A stretch of DNA of 64,000 bases from an uncultured delta proteobacterium. GTDB taxonomy: Bacteria > Desulfobacterota > Binatia > Binatales > Binataceae. Positions 49,171 to 58,002 of this stretch are shown here, piece after piece. The stretch is taken from positions 160,001 to 224,000 of the forward strand of contig CAVQEQ010000002.1 of assembly GCA_963711565.1 (NCBI GenBank). Direction: 5' to 3'. Below the pieces are notes generated by a model. The model ran no database searches, had not been told where the DNA came from, and saw only the letters and a list, made by a program, of their open reading frames with translations. Every line of letters begins with the position of its first letter. The stretch's first letter is position 1. The position numbers and the translations under genes are program-made.

Positions 49171-49362
49171 CTTCCTCCCCAGGTGCCTTCACGGATTCCC
49201 CCTTTTAGAACTGTCCAACTGGTTAAGCAACCGCTGGACTACAGAATCGCACTTGGCCGCTCAGCTCGGATCGATCTTCGGCAGGGATGCACGCCTTGCG
49301 CGGAACGCAGTCGTCTGCGATAAGCGAGTTTGAAATTTCCAGCAAGCGAGGAATCGACAACG

Positions 49363-50010
49363 ATGAAGCTCTACAACATGAATCTCTCCAACTTCGCCAC
49401 CAAGTCGCGGCTCGTCATCTACGAGAAGGGACTCAATATCGAGATGGCGCCGATTCCCGGCGGCGATCTCCACTCGCCCGAATACGCCAAGGTCAATCCG
49501 CTCGGCAAAACTCCCGCGCTCGACGCCGACGGCCTGCTCATCCCCGAGTCCGAGGTCATCAACGAGTACCTCGAGGACAAGTACCCCACTCCGCCGCTGC
49601 TGCCCAAGAGTCCGGAGGGCCGCGCCAAGGTGCGAATCTTCACCCGATTTCACGACCTGTACCTCGAGCCTCCGCTGCGCGCGCTGTTCGGCCAGATGAA
49701 TCCGAAAACTCGCGACGAAAAAGTCGTCGGTGAGAAAGTGACCGACCTCAAAAATCGCCTCGACCACCTCGAAAAGATGCTCGCCGATGGCGGCTACGCG
49801 TGCGGCTCCGATTTCACGCTCGCCGATTGCGCGCTGGCGCCCACGATATTTTTCGTGACCAACCTGGGGCCGGCATTCGGCATCAAGGCGTTCGACGGCC
49901 GTCCGAAACTCGCGGCATGGTGGACTCACGTCCAGACTCGCCCGTCGGTGAAGAAGGCGCTGGGCGAGATGACCGAAGCCTTGGCCGCGATGCAGCGCGG
50001 CGGCCGCTAA
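49363..50010 (+). CDS. Glutathione S-transferase
   Basis: NPLGKTPAL, ESEVI.EYL, FTLADC, RPSV. Confidence 0.92.
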   Translation: MKLYNMNLSNFATKSRLVIYEKGLNIEMAPIPGGDLHSPEYAKVNPLGKTPALDADGLLIPESEVINEYLEDKYPTPPLLPKSPEGRAKVRIFTRFHDLYLEPPLRALFGQMNPKTRDEKVVGEKVTDLKNRLDHLEKMLADGGYACGSDFTLADCALAPTIFFVTNLGPAFGIKAFDGRPKLAAWWTHVQTRPSVKKALGEMTEALAAMQRGGR

Positions 50011-50040
50011 AGACTCGTCGCGCGATTTCTGTTCGCTCGG

Positions 50041-50078
50041 AAAAAAGGCGGGAGCATGCACTACGATGCTCCCGCTTT
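50041..50078. terminator. Intrinsic terminator between convergent genes
   Basis: AAAAAAG-GCGGGAGCAT-gcactacg-ATGCTCCCGC-TTT. Confidence 0.75.
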
Positions 50079-50084
50079 CGCTGA

Positions 50085-50317
50085 TTACCGGCGACCGCGC
50101 ACCATCGCGGCGACTGCGGCCGCGCACCAGATCGCCTCGAGCACGACGAATGGCGCGAATCCAATCAGGTACGACGCGTAGCAGGAGACGGGGCGCCGGC
50201 GACGTTCCTTGCCTGGTACGAACGCGAATCGGAACTCAGCATCCCGAACGAATTCATAAAGAACGCGGCCAGCAGCAGCGCGACTCCGAGCGATCCGATG
50301 ACTTGGGACGCCGACAT
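50085..50317 (-). CDS. Small membrane protein (CBU_0592-like), frameshifted near 50190
   Basis: MSASQVIGSLGVALLLAAFFMNSFGMLSSDSRSYQARNVAGA / VSCYASYLIGFAPFVVLEAIWCAAAVAAMVRGRR*; AGGAG RBS; 233 bp, one base short of in-frame. Confidence 0.7.
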
Positions 50318-50384
50318 TTCACTTCTCCTGCGCCATTCGATCCATTGCGATTAACCGCGACTCACACTACTAAGATGATTGACC

Positions 50385-51146
50385 ATGTCTTATCTCGATC
50401 GCGACGGCGTCATCATTTACTACGAACAACGCGGAGCGGGACCCGCCGTTCTGCTCTCGCACGGCTACAGCGCCAGCGCGCGCATGTGGCAGGGTCAGAT
50501 GGACGCGCTGTCGGACAGCTACCACGTGATCGCGTGGGATATGCGCGGCCACGACCGCTCCGACTCGCCCGACGATCCCGCGCTCTACTCGCACGAGGCA
50601 ACCGTCGCGGACATGGCGGCGGTGCTCGACGCTTGCGGCGTCGGTCGCGCTATCATCGCTGGCTTGTCGCTCGGAGGGTTCATGTCGCTGGCGTTTCATT
50701 TGGCGCATCCGGCGCGCACCGAGGCGCTGATGCTGTTCGATACCGGCCCCGGCTACAAGAAAGACGACGGGCGCGAGGGATGGAACCGGCTCGCGGACAG
50801 CATGGCGGCTGCGTACGAGAAGAAGGGTCTTGCGGCGGCGGGCGTCAGCGCTGAAGTGAGCGTCGCGAAGCATCGCAGTGCGCAGGGCCTGGCGCATGCG
50901 GCGCGCGGGATGCTGGCGCAGAGAGATGGCCGCGTGATCGAGTCGCTGCCGGCAATCGCGGTGCCGACGCTCGTGCTGGTCGGCGAAAACGATAATCAGT
51001 TCCGGCCGTCGGCGGATTACATGGCGGCGAAAATCCCCGGTGCCGAAAAAGTGATCCTCGAGCATGCCGGACACGCCGCAAATATCGATCAGCCCGCCGC
51101 GTTCAATGCCGCCGTGCGCGCGTTCCTCGACCGCGCGACCTCGTAG
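50385..51146 (+). CDS. Alpha/beta hydrolase
   Basis: SHG, GLSLGG, VGEND, AGHAAN. Confidence 0.9.
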   Translation: MSYLDRDGVIIYYEQRGAGPAVLLSHGYSASARMWQGQMDALSDSYHVIAWDMRGHDRSDSPDDPALYSHEATVADMAAVLDACGVGRAIIAGLSLGGFMSLAFHLAHPARTEALMLFDTGPGYKKDDGREGWNRLADSMAAAYEKKGLAAAGVSAEVSVAKHRSAQGLAHAARGMLAQRDGRVIESLPAIAVPTLVLVGENDNQFRPSADYMAAKIPGAEKVILEHAGHAANIDQPAAFNAAVRAFLDRATS

Positions 51147-51280
51147 CACCTTCTGGAGAACGGTCCCGCGAATCGGCATTATGTAGATGTCGCCGATTTC
51201 GGCTCGTTGAGCTGATTGGCGACAAGTCTGCAAACCTGATTGATCAGGAGATCCGAAATTTTCTCAGGACCGACGCTAGA

Positions 51281-53728
51281 ATGGCTGTTCCTCCACTATC
51301 CGAAATCAATCGCAACCTGTTCAACAAGCTTATCGATCATCACATCCGCTTCTCGCTGGCGAAGGTGCGGATCGACTTGACGAAGCACGACTGGTATCGC
51401 GCGACGGCACTGGTCGTTCGCGACATGCTGGTCGAAAAAATGCTCGCGACGCGGCTGCGTTTCGATCGCAACAATTCCAAGAAGCTTTACTACCTGTCGC
51501 TCGAATTTCTGATCGGCCGCTCGCTCGAGAATAATCTCTTCAACCTCGGCATCATCGACACCTGCCGGGATTTCCTGGCCGAGAACGGTATCGACCTGCA
51601 GATCCTGTTCGATGAGGAGCCCGACGCGGCGCTGGGCAACGGCGGCCTCGGCCGGCTGGCCGCGTGTTTCCTCGATTCGCTGGCGACGCTCGATTTGCCG
51701 GGCTACGCGTATGGAATCAACTACGAGTACGGTCTCTTCCGCCAGGAAATTCGCGCCGGCTACCAGGTCGAACGGCCCGACGCGTGGCAGCGCGAGACCT
51801 CGCCATGGCTGGTGCCGCGCCCCGAGCAGTCGTGCAGGATTCCGGTTTACGGCCGAATCGAGCACCGCATCGACAAAAAGGGTGAATACAATCCAATCTG
51901 GGTGGATTGGCGCGTGCTCGTCGGCGTGCCATCCGATCTGCCGATCGCGGGCTTCGGCGGCCGCACGGTGAACTTCGTGCGCCTGTATTCGGCCGGCGCG
52001 TCCGATGAATTCGACATGCAGATCTTCAACGCCGGCGACTACATGAAGGCCGTCGAGCAGAAGATGCTGTCCGAGACCATCTCGAAAGTGCTGTATCCGT
52101 CCGACGCGGTAGCGGCCGGCCGCGAACTCCGGCTGCTCCAGGAATATTTCTTCGTCGCTTGCGCGGTGCACGACATAGTACAGGGCTTCGTCGCGCGCGG
52201 CGAAGACTTCGCCGATTTTTCGTCGCAAGTGGCTATTCAGCTGAACGACACGCATCCCGCACTGACTATTGCGGAGTTGATGCGCGTTTTTATCGATGAG
52301 TACGATCTGGAGTGGCCGCTGGCGTGGGAAATCACCCGCGCCACCATCGGATATACTAATCACACGCTATTGCCCGAAGCGCTGGAAAAGTGGCCGGTGA
52401 GCCTGCTCGAACGAGTTGTGCCGCGGCATCTGCAGATCATCTACGAGATCAATCGGCGCTTTATGGCGGACGCAGCGCTGGTCTGGAAGGACGATCCGGA
52501 ACGGCTCAAGCGCGTGTCGATCGTACAGGAGGGTTACGAGGGTCAGATCCGGATGGCAAATCTGGCGATTGTCGGCAGTCACTCCGTGAATGGCGTGTCG
52601 AAGCTGCACTCCGAGCTCGTCAAGACGCGACTGGTGCCCGACTTCTATGAACTCTGGCCCGAGAAGTTCAGCAACAAGACCAACGGCGTCACGCAACGGC
52701 GATGGCTGTTGATGGCGAATCCGGGGCTGGCCAGCCTGCTCGACGCGACGATCGGCGTGGGCTGGGCGACGGACCTCGAGCAGTTGCGCGCGGTCGAGAA
52801 ATTCGCGGACGACCTCGAGTTTCAGCGCCGCTTCAGGACAATCAAGCGCGTCAACAAGGAGCGCCTGGCGCGAATCGTCAATCGCCTCGCCGCCGTCGAC
52901 ATCGATCCGGCTGCGATGTTCGACATACAGGCCAAGCGTATTCACGAATACAAACGCCAGCTCCTGATGGCGTTGGGGATCGTGCATGAGTACCTGCGGC
53001 TCGTGGACGACGGCGTCGAGCCGCCCGTTCCGCGCACGTACCTGCTCGCGGGCAAGGCGGCGCCGGGCTACTGGGCAGCCAAGATGATCATCAAGCTGAT
53101 CAACAGCCTCGGCGACGTGATTAACAACGACCCGAAGACGCGCGAATTGATCAAGGTTGCGTTCCTACCGGACTACCGCGTCTCGCTCGCGGAAAAAATA
53201 ATTCCCGCCGCCGACGTTTCCGAACAGATTTCGACCGCCGGCCGCGAAGCCTCGGGCACCGGCAACATGAAATTCGCGATGAACGGCGCGCTCACGGTGG
53301 GAACTCTCGATGGCGCGAACATCGAGATTCAGGAAGCCGTCGGCGCGGAAAATATTTTCATCTTCGGCCTGACCTCGGAGCAAATAGAAGATCTGACATT
53401 GAAGGGTGCGTACCGGCCGCGCGAATATTACGAGGCCGACGCCCGACTAAAGCGCGTGCTCGACGAGCTGGCGTCCGATCGCTTTTGTCCGGGCGAGCCG
53501 GGGTTGTTCAGATGGGTTCGCGACGTGCTGGTCAATCGCGATGACTATTTTCTGATGGCGGATTTCGGATCGTATGTGGATATCCAGTCAAAGATATTGA
53601 CTGAGTACCAACATCCGGAAGTCTGGACGCGAAAGGCTATACTCAATCTGGCGCGAATTGGCTATTTCTCGAGCGATCGTGCAGTAGCTGAATACTCACG
53701 CGAGATCTGGCAGCTCGGCCAATCGTGA
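51281..53728 (+). CDS. glgP: Glycogen/starch phosphorylase
   Basis: LGNGGLGRLAACF, QLNDTHP, KRIHEYKRQ, EASGTGNMK. Confidence 0.96.
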   Translation: MAVPPLSEINRNLFNKLIDHHIRFSLAKVRIDLTKHDWYRATALVVRDMLVEKMLATRLRFDRNNSKKLYYLSLEFLIGRSLENNLFNLGIIDTCRDFLAENGIDLQILFDEEPDAALGNGGLGRLAACFLDSLATLDLPGYAYGINYEYGLFRQEIRAGYQVERPDAWQRETSPWLVPRPEQSCRIPVYGRIEHRIDKKGEYNPIWVDWRVLVGVPSDLPIAGFGGRTVNFVRLYSAGASDEFDMQIFNAGDYMKAVEQKMLSETISKVLYPSDAVAAGRELRLLQEYFFVACAVHDIVQGFVARGEDFADFSSQVAIQLNDTHPALTIAELMRVFIDEYDLEWPLAWEITRATIGYTNHTLLPEALEKWPVSLLERVVPRHLQIIYEINRRFMADAALVWKDDPERLKRVSIVQEGYEGQIRMANLAIVGSHSVNGVSKLHSELVKTRLVPDFYELWPEKFSNKTNGVTQRRWLLMANPGLASLLDATIGVGWATDLEQLRAVEKFADDLEFQRRFRTIKRVNKERLARIVNRLAAVDIDPAAMFDIQAKRIHEYKRQLLMALGIVHEYLRLVDDGVEPPVPRTYLLAGKAAPGYWAAKMIIKLINSLGDVINNDPKTRELIKVAFLPDYRVSLAEKIIPAADVSEQISTAGREASGTGNMKFAMNGALTVGTLDGANIEIQEAVGAENIFIFGLTSEQIEDLTLKGAYRPREYYEADARLKRVLDELASDRFCPGEPGLFRWVRDVLVNRDDYFLMADFGSYVDIQSKILTEYQHPEVWTRKAILNLARIGYFSSDRAVAEYSREIWQLGQS

Positions 53729-53733
53729 ATTGA

Positions 53734-54168
53734 CTATTTGGCGTCTGCGATTAGCATAAAGCCCAGCCTCGCAGCGGCGCGATTGAGCGCATCGTCAAAA
53801 CAGGCAAACCTAATCGAAGATCGAACCGTCACCTCCATCAGATCAACCGTCGCGAGATGTATGGCATCGTAGGCCTTCAGGCGATATTGCTCCGCCAAAT
53901 CCCCCGCGCGACGTATCGTCGTCACGTCCACCGGCAGGCGATCCAGCCGGTTCCAGCCTTGTTCGAATTCATCCTTGTGGCGTTTCAGCGCGGCTTCGTC
54001 GATGTCAGCCAGCCGATATTTTCTCGCGAAGGCCGACCTGGCTTCGACGTATGCGACAAGGCTCGTGGCAACCAGATCAGCACGAGCGACCGCCCGTTTC
54101 ACTTCGGAGCTGCCAACTTCTTGCGCGTAGAGCTTTACCAGGGCGGAGGTATCCAGGTAGAGGATCAC
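53734..54168 (-). CDS. vapC: PIN domain toxin VapC
   Basis: LYLDTSALVK, E, YDAIHLA, FD. Confidence 0.9.
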   Translation of the reverse strand: MILYLDTSALVKLYAQEVGSSEVKRAVARADLVATSLVAYVEARSAFARKYRLADIDEAALKRHKDEFEQGWNRLDRLPVDVTTIRRAGDLAEQYRLKAYDAIHLATVDLMEVTVRSSIRFACFDDALNRAAARLGFMLIADAK

Positions 54169-54455
54169 CTTCGATTCTCGAGCACCATCTCTGAAAGCGT
54201 TTTCTCGCCTGGACCGATCACGATCGGACGCGCCGCCCCGCGAATTTTGCCCCCTCTAGCCGGGAGCATTCCTGGAATCCGCCGGAGACGCCGCGCGAGT
54301 TCCGAAGCATCAGGTTTCGTATTGGCTTCTGGAGCCAACGGTAACAATCGCGCAATCGGCCGGCCGCGGGAAGTGATTATCACGTCTTCGCCGTTACCAG
54401 CCCTTCGAAGATACAGCGATAGCCGCGCCTTGAACTCGCGCACAGAGGCTTTCAT
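54165..54455 (-). CDS. Phd/YefM family antitoxin
   Basis: SVREFKARLS..LRR...ITSRGRPIARL; 4-bp overlap with vapC. Confidence 0.9.
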   Translation of the reverse strand: MKASVREFKARLSLYLRRAGNGEDVIITSRGRPIARLLPLAPEANTKPDASELARRLRRIPGMLPARGGKIRGAARPIVIGPGEKTLSEMVLENRR

Positions 54456-54485
54456 GGGACCACATTATAGACGATGTGGTCACAT
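54454..54485 (-). promoter_or_regulatory. TA operator and leaderless -10 box
   Basis: Inverted repeat GACCACAT-N8-ATGTGGTC around TATAAT (54469-54464), 8 nt before the ATG. Confidence 0.7.
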
Positions 54486-54740
54486 TGCGCGAGGGCGCCG
54501 GGTCTGCTCCGCAAGAAGTGCCGAGCCGCGTGACGTCACTCTGACGACGATGCGCCCGTTCACGTGATGCTTTGCGACCAGCCCGCGTTCGTTCGCATTC
54601 TCCCAGACCGGGAATCTGGGGCATGACGTCCGCCACGCATCCATCACCTCGTCGTAGCTCCGCTCGCTATTCGCAAGCCATTCAACGAGATCGAGTACCA
54701 GGGATTCGACCGGATCGAACATGGATTCGTCTGCCTGCAT
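54480..54740 (-). CDS. Small conserved hypothetical protein (wHTH-like)
   Basis: LVLDLVEWL..Y.EVMDAWRTSCPR.PVWE...GL...VTSRG. Confidence 0.7.
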   Translation of the reverse strand: MQADESMFDPVESLVLDLVEWLANSERSYDEVMDAWRTSCPRFPVWENANERGLVAKHHVNGRIVVRVTSRGSALLAEQTRRPRAM

Positions 54741-54840
54741 GGCTCGAGAATATCAGATTCGACTTTCCCAATCACGCCGTTTTAGACCGCTACCTATCTC
54801 ATCTACATAAGACGATAGTCCTGTAAGCTGGAAGTGGCAG

Positions 54841-55293
54841 TCAAACCGGCGTCGAGCTCGAAGCCATGTGGTGTAGTACGAGCACGGGACAAGGAGCTTC
54901 GCGAATGACATGTTCCGTGACGCTACCTAAGAGTAAGTGTTCGAGTCCGGTGCGCCCATGCGTAACCATTACGATCAAGTCCACTCCGAGATCATGGGCC
55001 GCCCGCACGATATCTATATCAGGGACTCCGCTTCTGACATCAATAACACAATTCACTTCAGCCTTGAGGGTGTTCTGGACTATTAGTTCGAGCTTGGCTC
55101 TGGCTTCCTTCTCCCAGCGAGGATCGGCATCAAAAGGAAGCGGAACGTCCATATCATACGTAGGCACCCTGGCAATGTGCAGGATGTAGAGCGTGGCGTC
55201 ACTCTCCTTTGCCAAAGTGCTTGATAAAAGCAATGCGGCCGTCGAATCTCCATCGAACTCAAACGCACACATTATCTTATTGTATTTCAGCAT
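54841..55293 (-). CDS. Universal stress protein
   Basis: DLIVMVTHGRTGLEHLLLGSVTEHVIREAPCPVL. Confidence 0.92.
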   Translation of the reverse strand: MLKYNKIMCAFEFDGDSTAALLLSSTLAKESDATLYILHIARVPTYDMDVPLPFDADPRWEKEARAKLELIVQNTLKAEVNCVIDVRSGVPDIDIVRAAHDLGVDLIVMVTHGRTGLEHLLLGSVTEHVIREAPCPVLVLHHMASSSTPV

Positions 55294-55339
55294 GGCTCTC
55301 CCTGAAATGTTGAGCCTTGTTGCAAATTGGCTATTGCCC

Positions 55340-56770
55340 CTAGAAACTCGCAAGCGACCGACCGGTCGCTCTATCAACCGCTGCTTTGGTGACGGAGAAC
55401 CCATAAAGGGCGTCCGCATACGCGGCATCGTCCTCGGTATAGCTGCGTTGCGCATCTTCCAGCTCGATAATACTGGTTAAGCCCGCTTCGTAGCGCTTCT
55501 CCGCGAGTTCCAGTTCTGCGCGCGAAGCGGCTAGCGTCTTCTCGGCGCGGGAGATTCGCTGAAGAGAAGCCTGCCAGTTGAGAAGCGCAGTATGAACCTG
55601 CAAGATTACTTCCTGCCGAAGGTCTTCGATCGCGCGAAGGATCGCGTGTTGCCGAAACCTGGTCTCCGCAATTTGATCGGTGGTGAGAAAGCTGTTGAAG
55701 ATTGGCCACGTTATTACTATTCCGGCGTTGAAATTGTTTGCCGCGGGAGTTCCAGTCCCCAGCGCCGAGTATCCGCCCACAGCGTTAACAGTAGGATAGT
55801 AGTCACTATTGTACTGTACTATTCTCGCTCCCATAGCCTTTGCCTGATCCTGCAATGCCGTCAAATCAGGTCTGCTACGGAACGCTGTATCCAACAAAGT
55901 GTTCAAGGAATCGTTAACCGCATAGTAGGTTAGGATGTCCACAGGCTCGTACGCAGGCGCCGAGTCACTCAGACCCAAGGCGTTGTCGAGCGCAACTTTT
56001 GCATCTTCGTCATCATTGCGCGCGTCGACGAGATGCAATTGAGCGCGCTCGACCTCGGCTTCCGTAACATAGGTATCGAGCTGCGGCCGCAGACCAGCGT
56101 TAGCCTTAACCTGGGCCTCGTGCAGGTGATACTGGCGCTGCTCCACTGCTTTCTCGTAAACCGTGACGAGTCGTTTCGCCTCCAGCAACGCAAAGTACCG
56201 TTGAGAGACTTCAAAAATCAGATCGAGCTCGGTGAGCTGTTGATCGGCAGCCGCAGCAGCTGCCTCAAACTGGCGCTCCGAAACGAGTCCATGCCGACGG
56301 CCGAAATCTACAAGGAACTGGGAGAGCATCACGCCTCCCATGTAGTTATTGCTGGTGTCCCAACTTTGCGAAAAGTCATTTGAAGGCAGGTTGTGATTTG
56401 TTCCCGTTAGTCGCGGGAACGCTCCCTCGGGATTGTAGTAACTTGCATTGCCGATGCCATTGTCGGTGCTCCGCAAATATTGTGCAGCGCCAAACAGCTG
56501 TGGTCCAAGATATGATCGCGCCTGCCCGATCTGCTGCTGCGCGGCGCTGGTGTTGTCCGCGGCCTCCTGGAGTCTCGGATGATATTTCAGCGCGATCGCG
56601 ATCGCATCCTTGAGCGTCAATTGGGAGCCCGACGGAATTGGACTTCCGGGAGCCGGCGCTGCAACCTGCGTATCGCCGGGCAATGCCACCGCAGGACCCG
56701 CCGCGTTGACGACTCCGTGCGCCAGGAGAAGTACCGATGCGGAGACCATAAAGACTCTCGAAGATTTCAT
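55340..56770 (-). CDS. TolC family outer membrane efflux protein
   Basis: Signal peptide; LTLKDAIAIAL, RYEAGL...EL..A. Confidence 0.9.
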   Translation of the reverse strand: MKSSRVFMVSASVLLLAHGVVNAAGPAVALPGDTQVAAPAPGSPIPSGSQLTLKDAIAIALKYHPRLQEAADNTSAAQQQIGQARSYLGPQLFGAAQYLRSTDNGIGNASYYNPEGAFPRLTGTNHNLPSNDFSQSWDTSNNYMGGVMLSQFLVDFGRRHGLVSERQFEAAAAAADQQLTELDLIFEVSQRYFALLEAKRLVTVYEKAVEQRQYHLHEAQVKANAGLRPQLDTYVTEAEVERAQLHLVDARNDDEDAKVALDNALGLSDSAPAYEPVDILTYYAVNDSLNTLLDTAFRSRPDLTALQDQAKAMGARIVQYNSDYYPTVNAVGGYSALGTGTPAANNFNAGIVITWPIFNSFLTTDQIAETRFRQHAILRAIEDLRQEVILQVHTALLNWQASLQRISRAEKTLAASRAELELAEKRYEAGLTSIIELEDAQRSYTEDDAAYADALYGFSVTKAAVDRATGRSLASF

Positions 56771-56820
56771 TATCAGCCTACCCAACTGTTCGTTGATTTG
56801 GCGTTGACAGTTTGTTCGAT

Positions 56821-58002
56821 TCAGTCGGAACCTTGAGCCGAGGCCGATGTAGCCTGGCCATCGACATTCTGAATTCGACAATCCACCTGCTGTCCCGGAG
56901 TTAGGTTGTTGCTGTAGGTCGTCACTACCAGCGATCGCGGTGACAAGCCCGACGTTACTTCGACATAGGCGCCAGTGTTGATCCCGGTTTTCACCGGAGC
57001 TTCGACCAGCCGCCCGTCTTTAACGACCAGCAGGCGCGCCGAATCTCCCGAACCTTGAATGGCAGAGGCCGGGACGCTAAGAGCGTCAGGATGGCGTACC
57101 AGCTCGATCGTGACGTGAGCATAGCTGCGCGGGTAGACCAACCGCTTCGGATTATCTATGTCGACCTCGGTCAGCATCGTCCGGGTTGCCAGATCGAGCG
57201 ACGACGCATACCTGGCGACGGTGCCGTTGAATACTCGATCCGGAAACTCGTCGAAGTGCAGACTCGCCGGCGTACCGACATGAATAAAAGGATATGAAGC
57301 TTCCGGGACGTAGATATAGACACGTAATTTATCTATATCGGCCAGCGTGAGGATCGGACCGCCGCCCTCGCGGTGCCCTCCGGCTCCTTCGGTAGCTCCC
57401 GGAGAAATCAACCCCGAAGTTTCGTCCACTCCAATGTCGCCGCCGCCGGCGCGGATCAACGCCCCAGGATCGGCGAATCGGCCCGTGATTACTCCATCAA
57501 AAGGGGCGATGATCCTGGTATATCCGACCATAGTTTGCAGCGTTGCAACCGCGGCTTGGGCCTCACGATACTTGGCGTAGGCCATATCGACATCTTGCTG
57601 TGCAATTAACCGCGGATCGCTCTGCTGAACCTTCCTCAGACGATCGTAAGTTATGCGCTCGATTTCGAGGCTCGCCTGCGATCGTACCAGGTTCGATTGC
57701 AATTCCGGCACTTCGATTTCGGCTAGCACCTGGCCCGTCTTGACCGAGTCGCCTTTGTTGACGCTGATGCTCTTCAGGTATCCCGTAACCTTCGCGTGAA
57801 GTGCGGCCTCATAGAAACCTACGACATCGCCCGGTATCTCAATCGACTTGTCTATCTCTCCCTGGCGCGGATGGAGCACGTCCACTACTGCTCGCTGAGG
57901 AGTAATCATGGGAATGACCGGCGCATCGCAGCCGCCAAGCAAAACAGCGATCCACAGAACAGCTGCCAGTCGGATTTGTAATCTAAACATCAGCATCATC
58001 AA
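56821..58002 (-). CDS. RND membrane fusion protein
   Basis: Lipobox LGGC; AKVTGY..GDSVK; IAPFDGVIT; TRTM. Confidence 0.9.
   Translation of the reverse strand: MMMLMFRLQIRLAAVLWIAVLLGGCDAPVIPMITPQRAVVDVLHPRQGEIDKSIEIPGDVVGFYEAALHAKVTGYLKSISVNKGDSVKTGQVLAEIEVPELQSNLVRSQASLEIERITYDRLRKVQQSDPRLIAQQDVDMAYAKYREAQAAVATLQTMVGYTRIIAPFDGVITGRFADPGALIRAGGGDIGVDETSGLISPGATEGAGGHREGGGPILTLADIDKLRVYIYVPEASYPFIHVGTPASLHFDEFPDRVFNGTVARYASSLDLATRTMLTEVDIDNPKRLVYPRSYAHVTIELVRHPDALSVPASAIQGSGDSARLLVVKDGRLVEAPVKTGINTGAYVEVTSGLSPRSLVVTTYSNNLTPGQQVDCRIQNVDGQATSASAQGSD

Noticed and set aside
51217-51232. Sigma54-like box TGGCGACAAGTCTGCA before glgP
   Set aside because: Correct GG-N10-GC spacing, but a weak match to the rest of the consensus.
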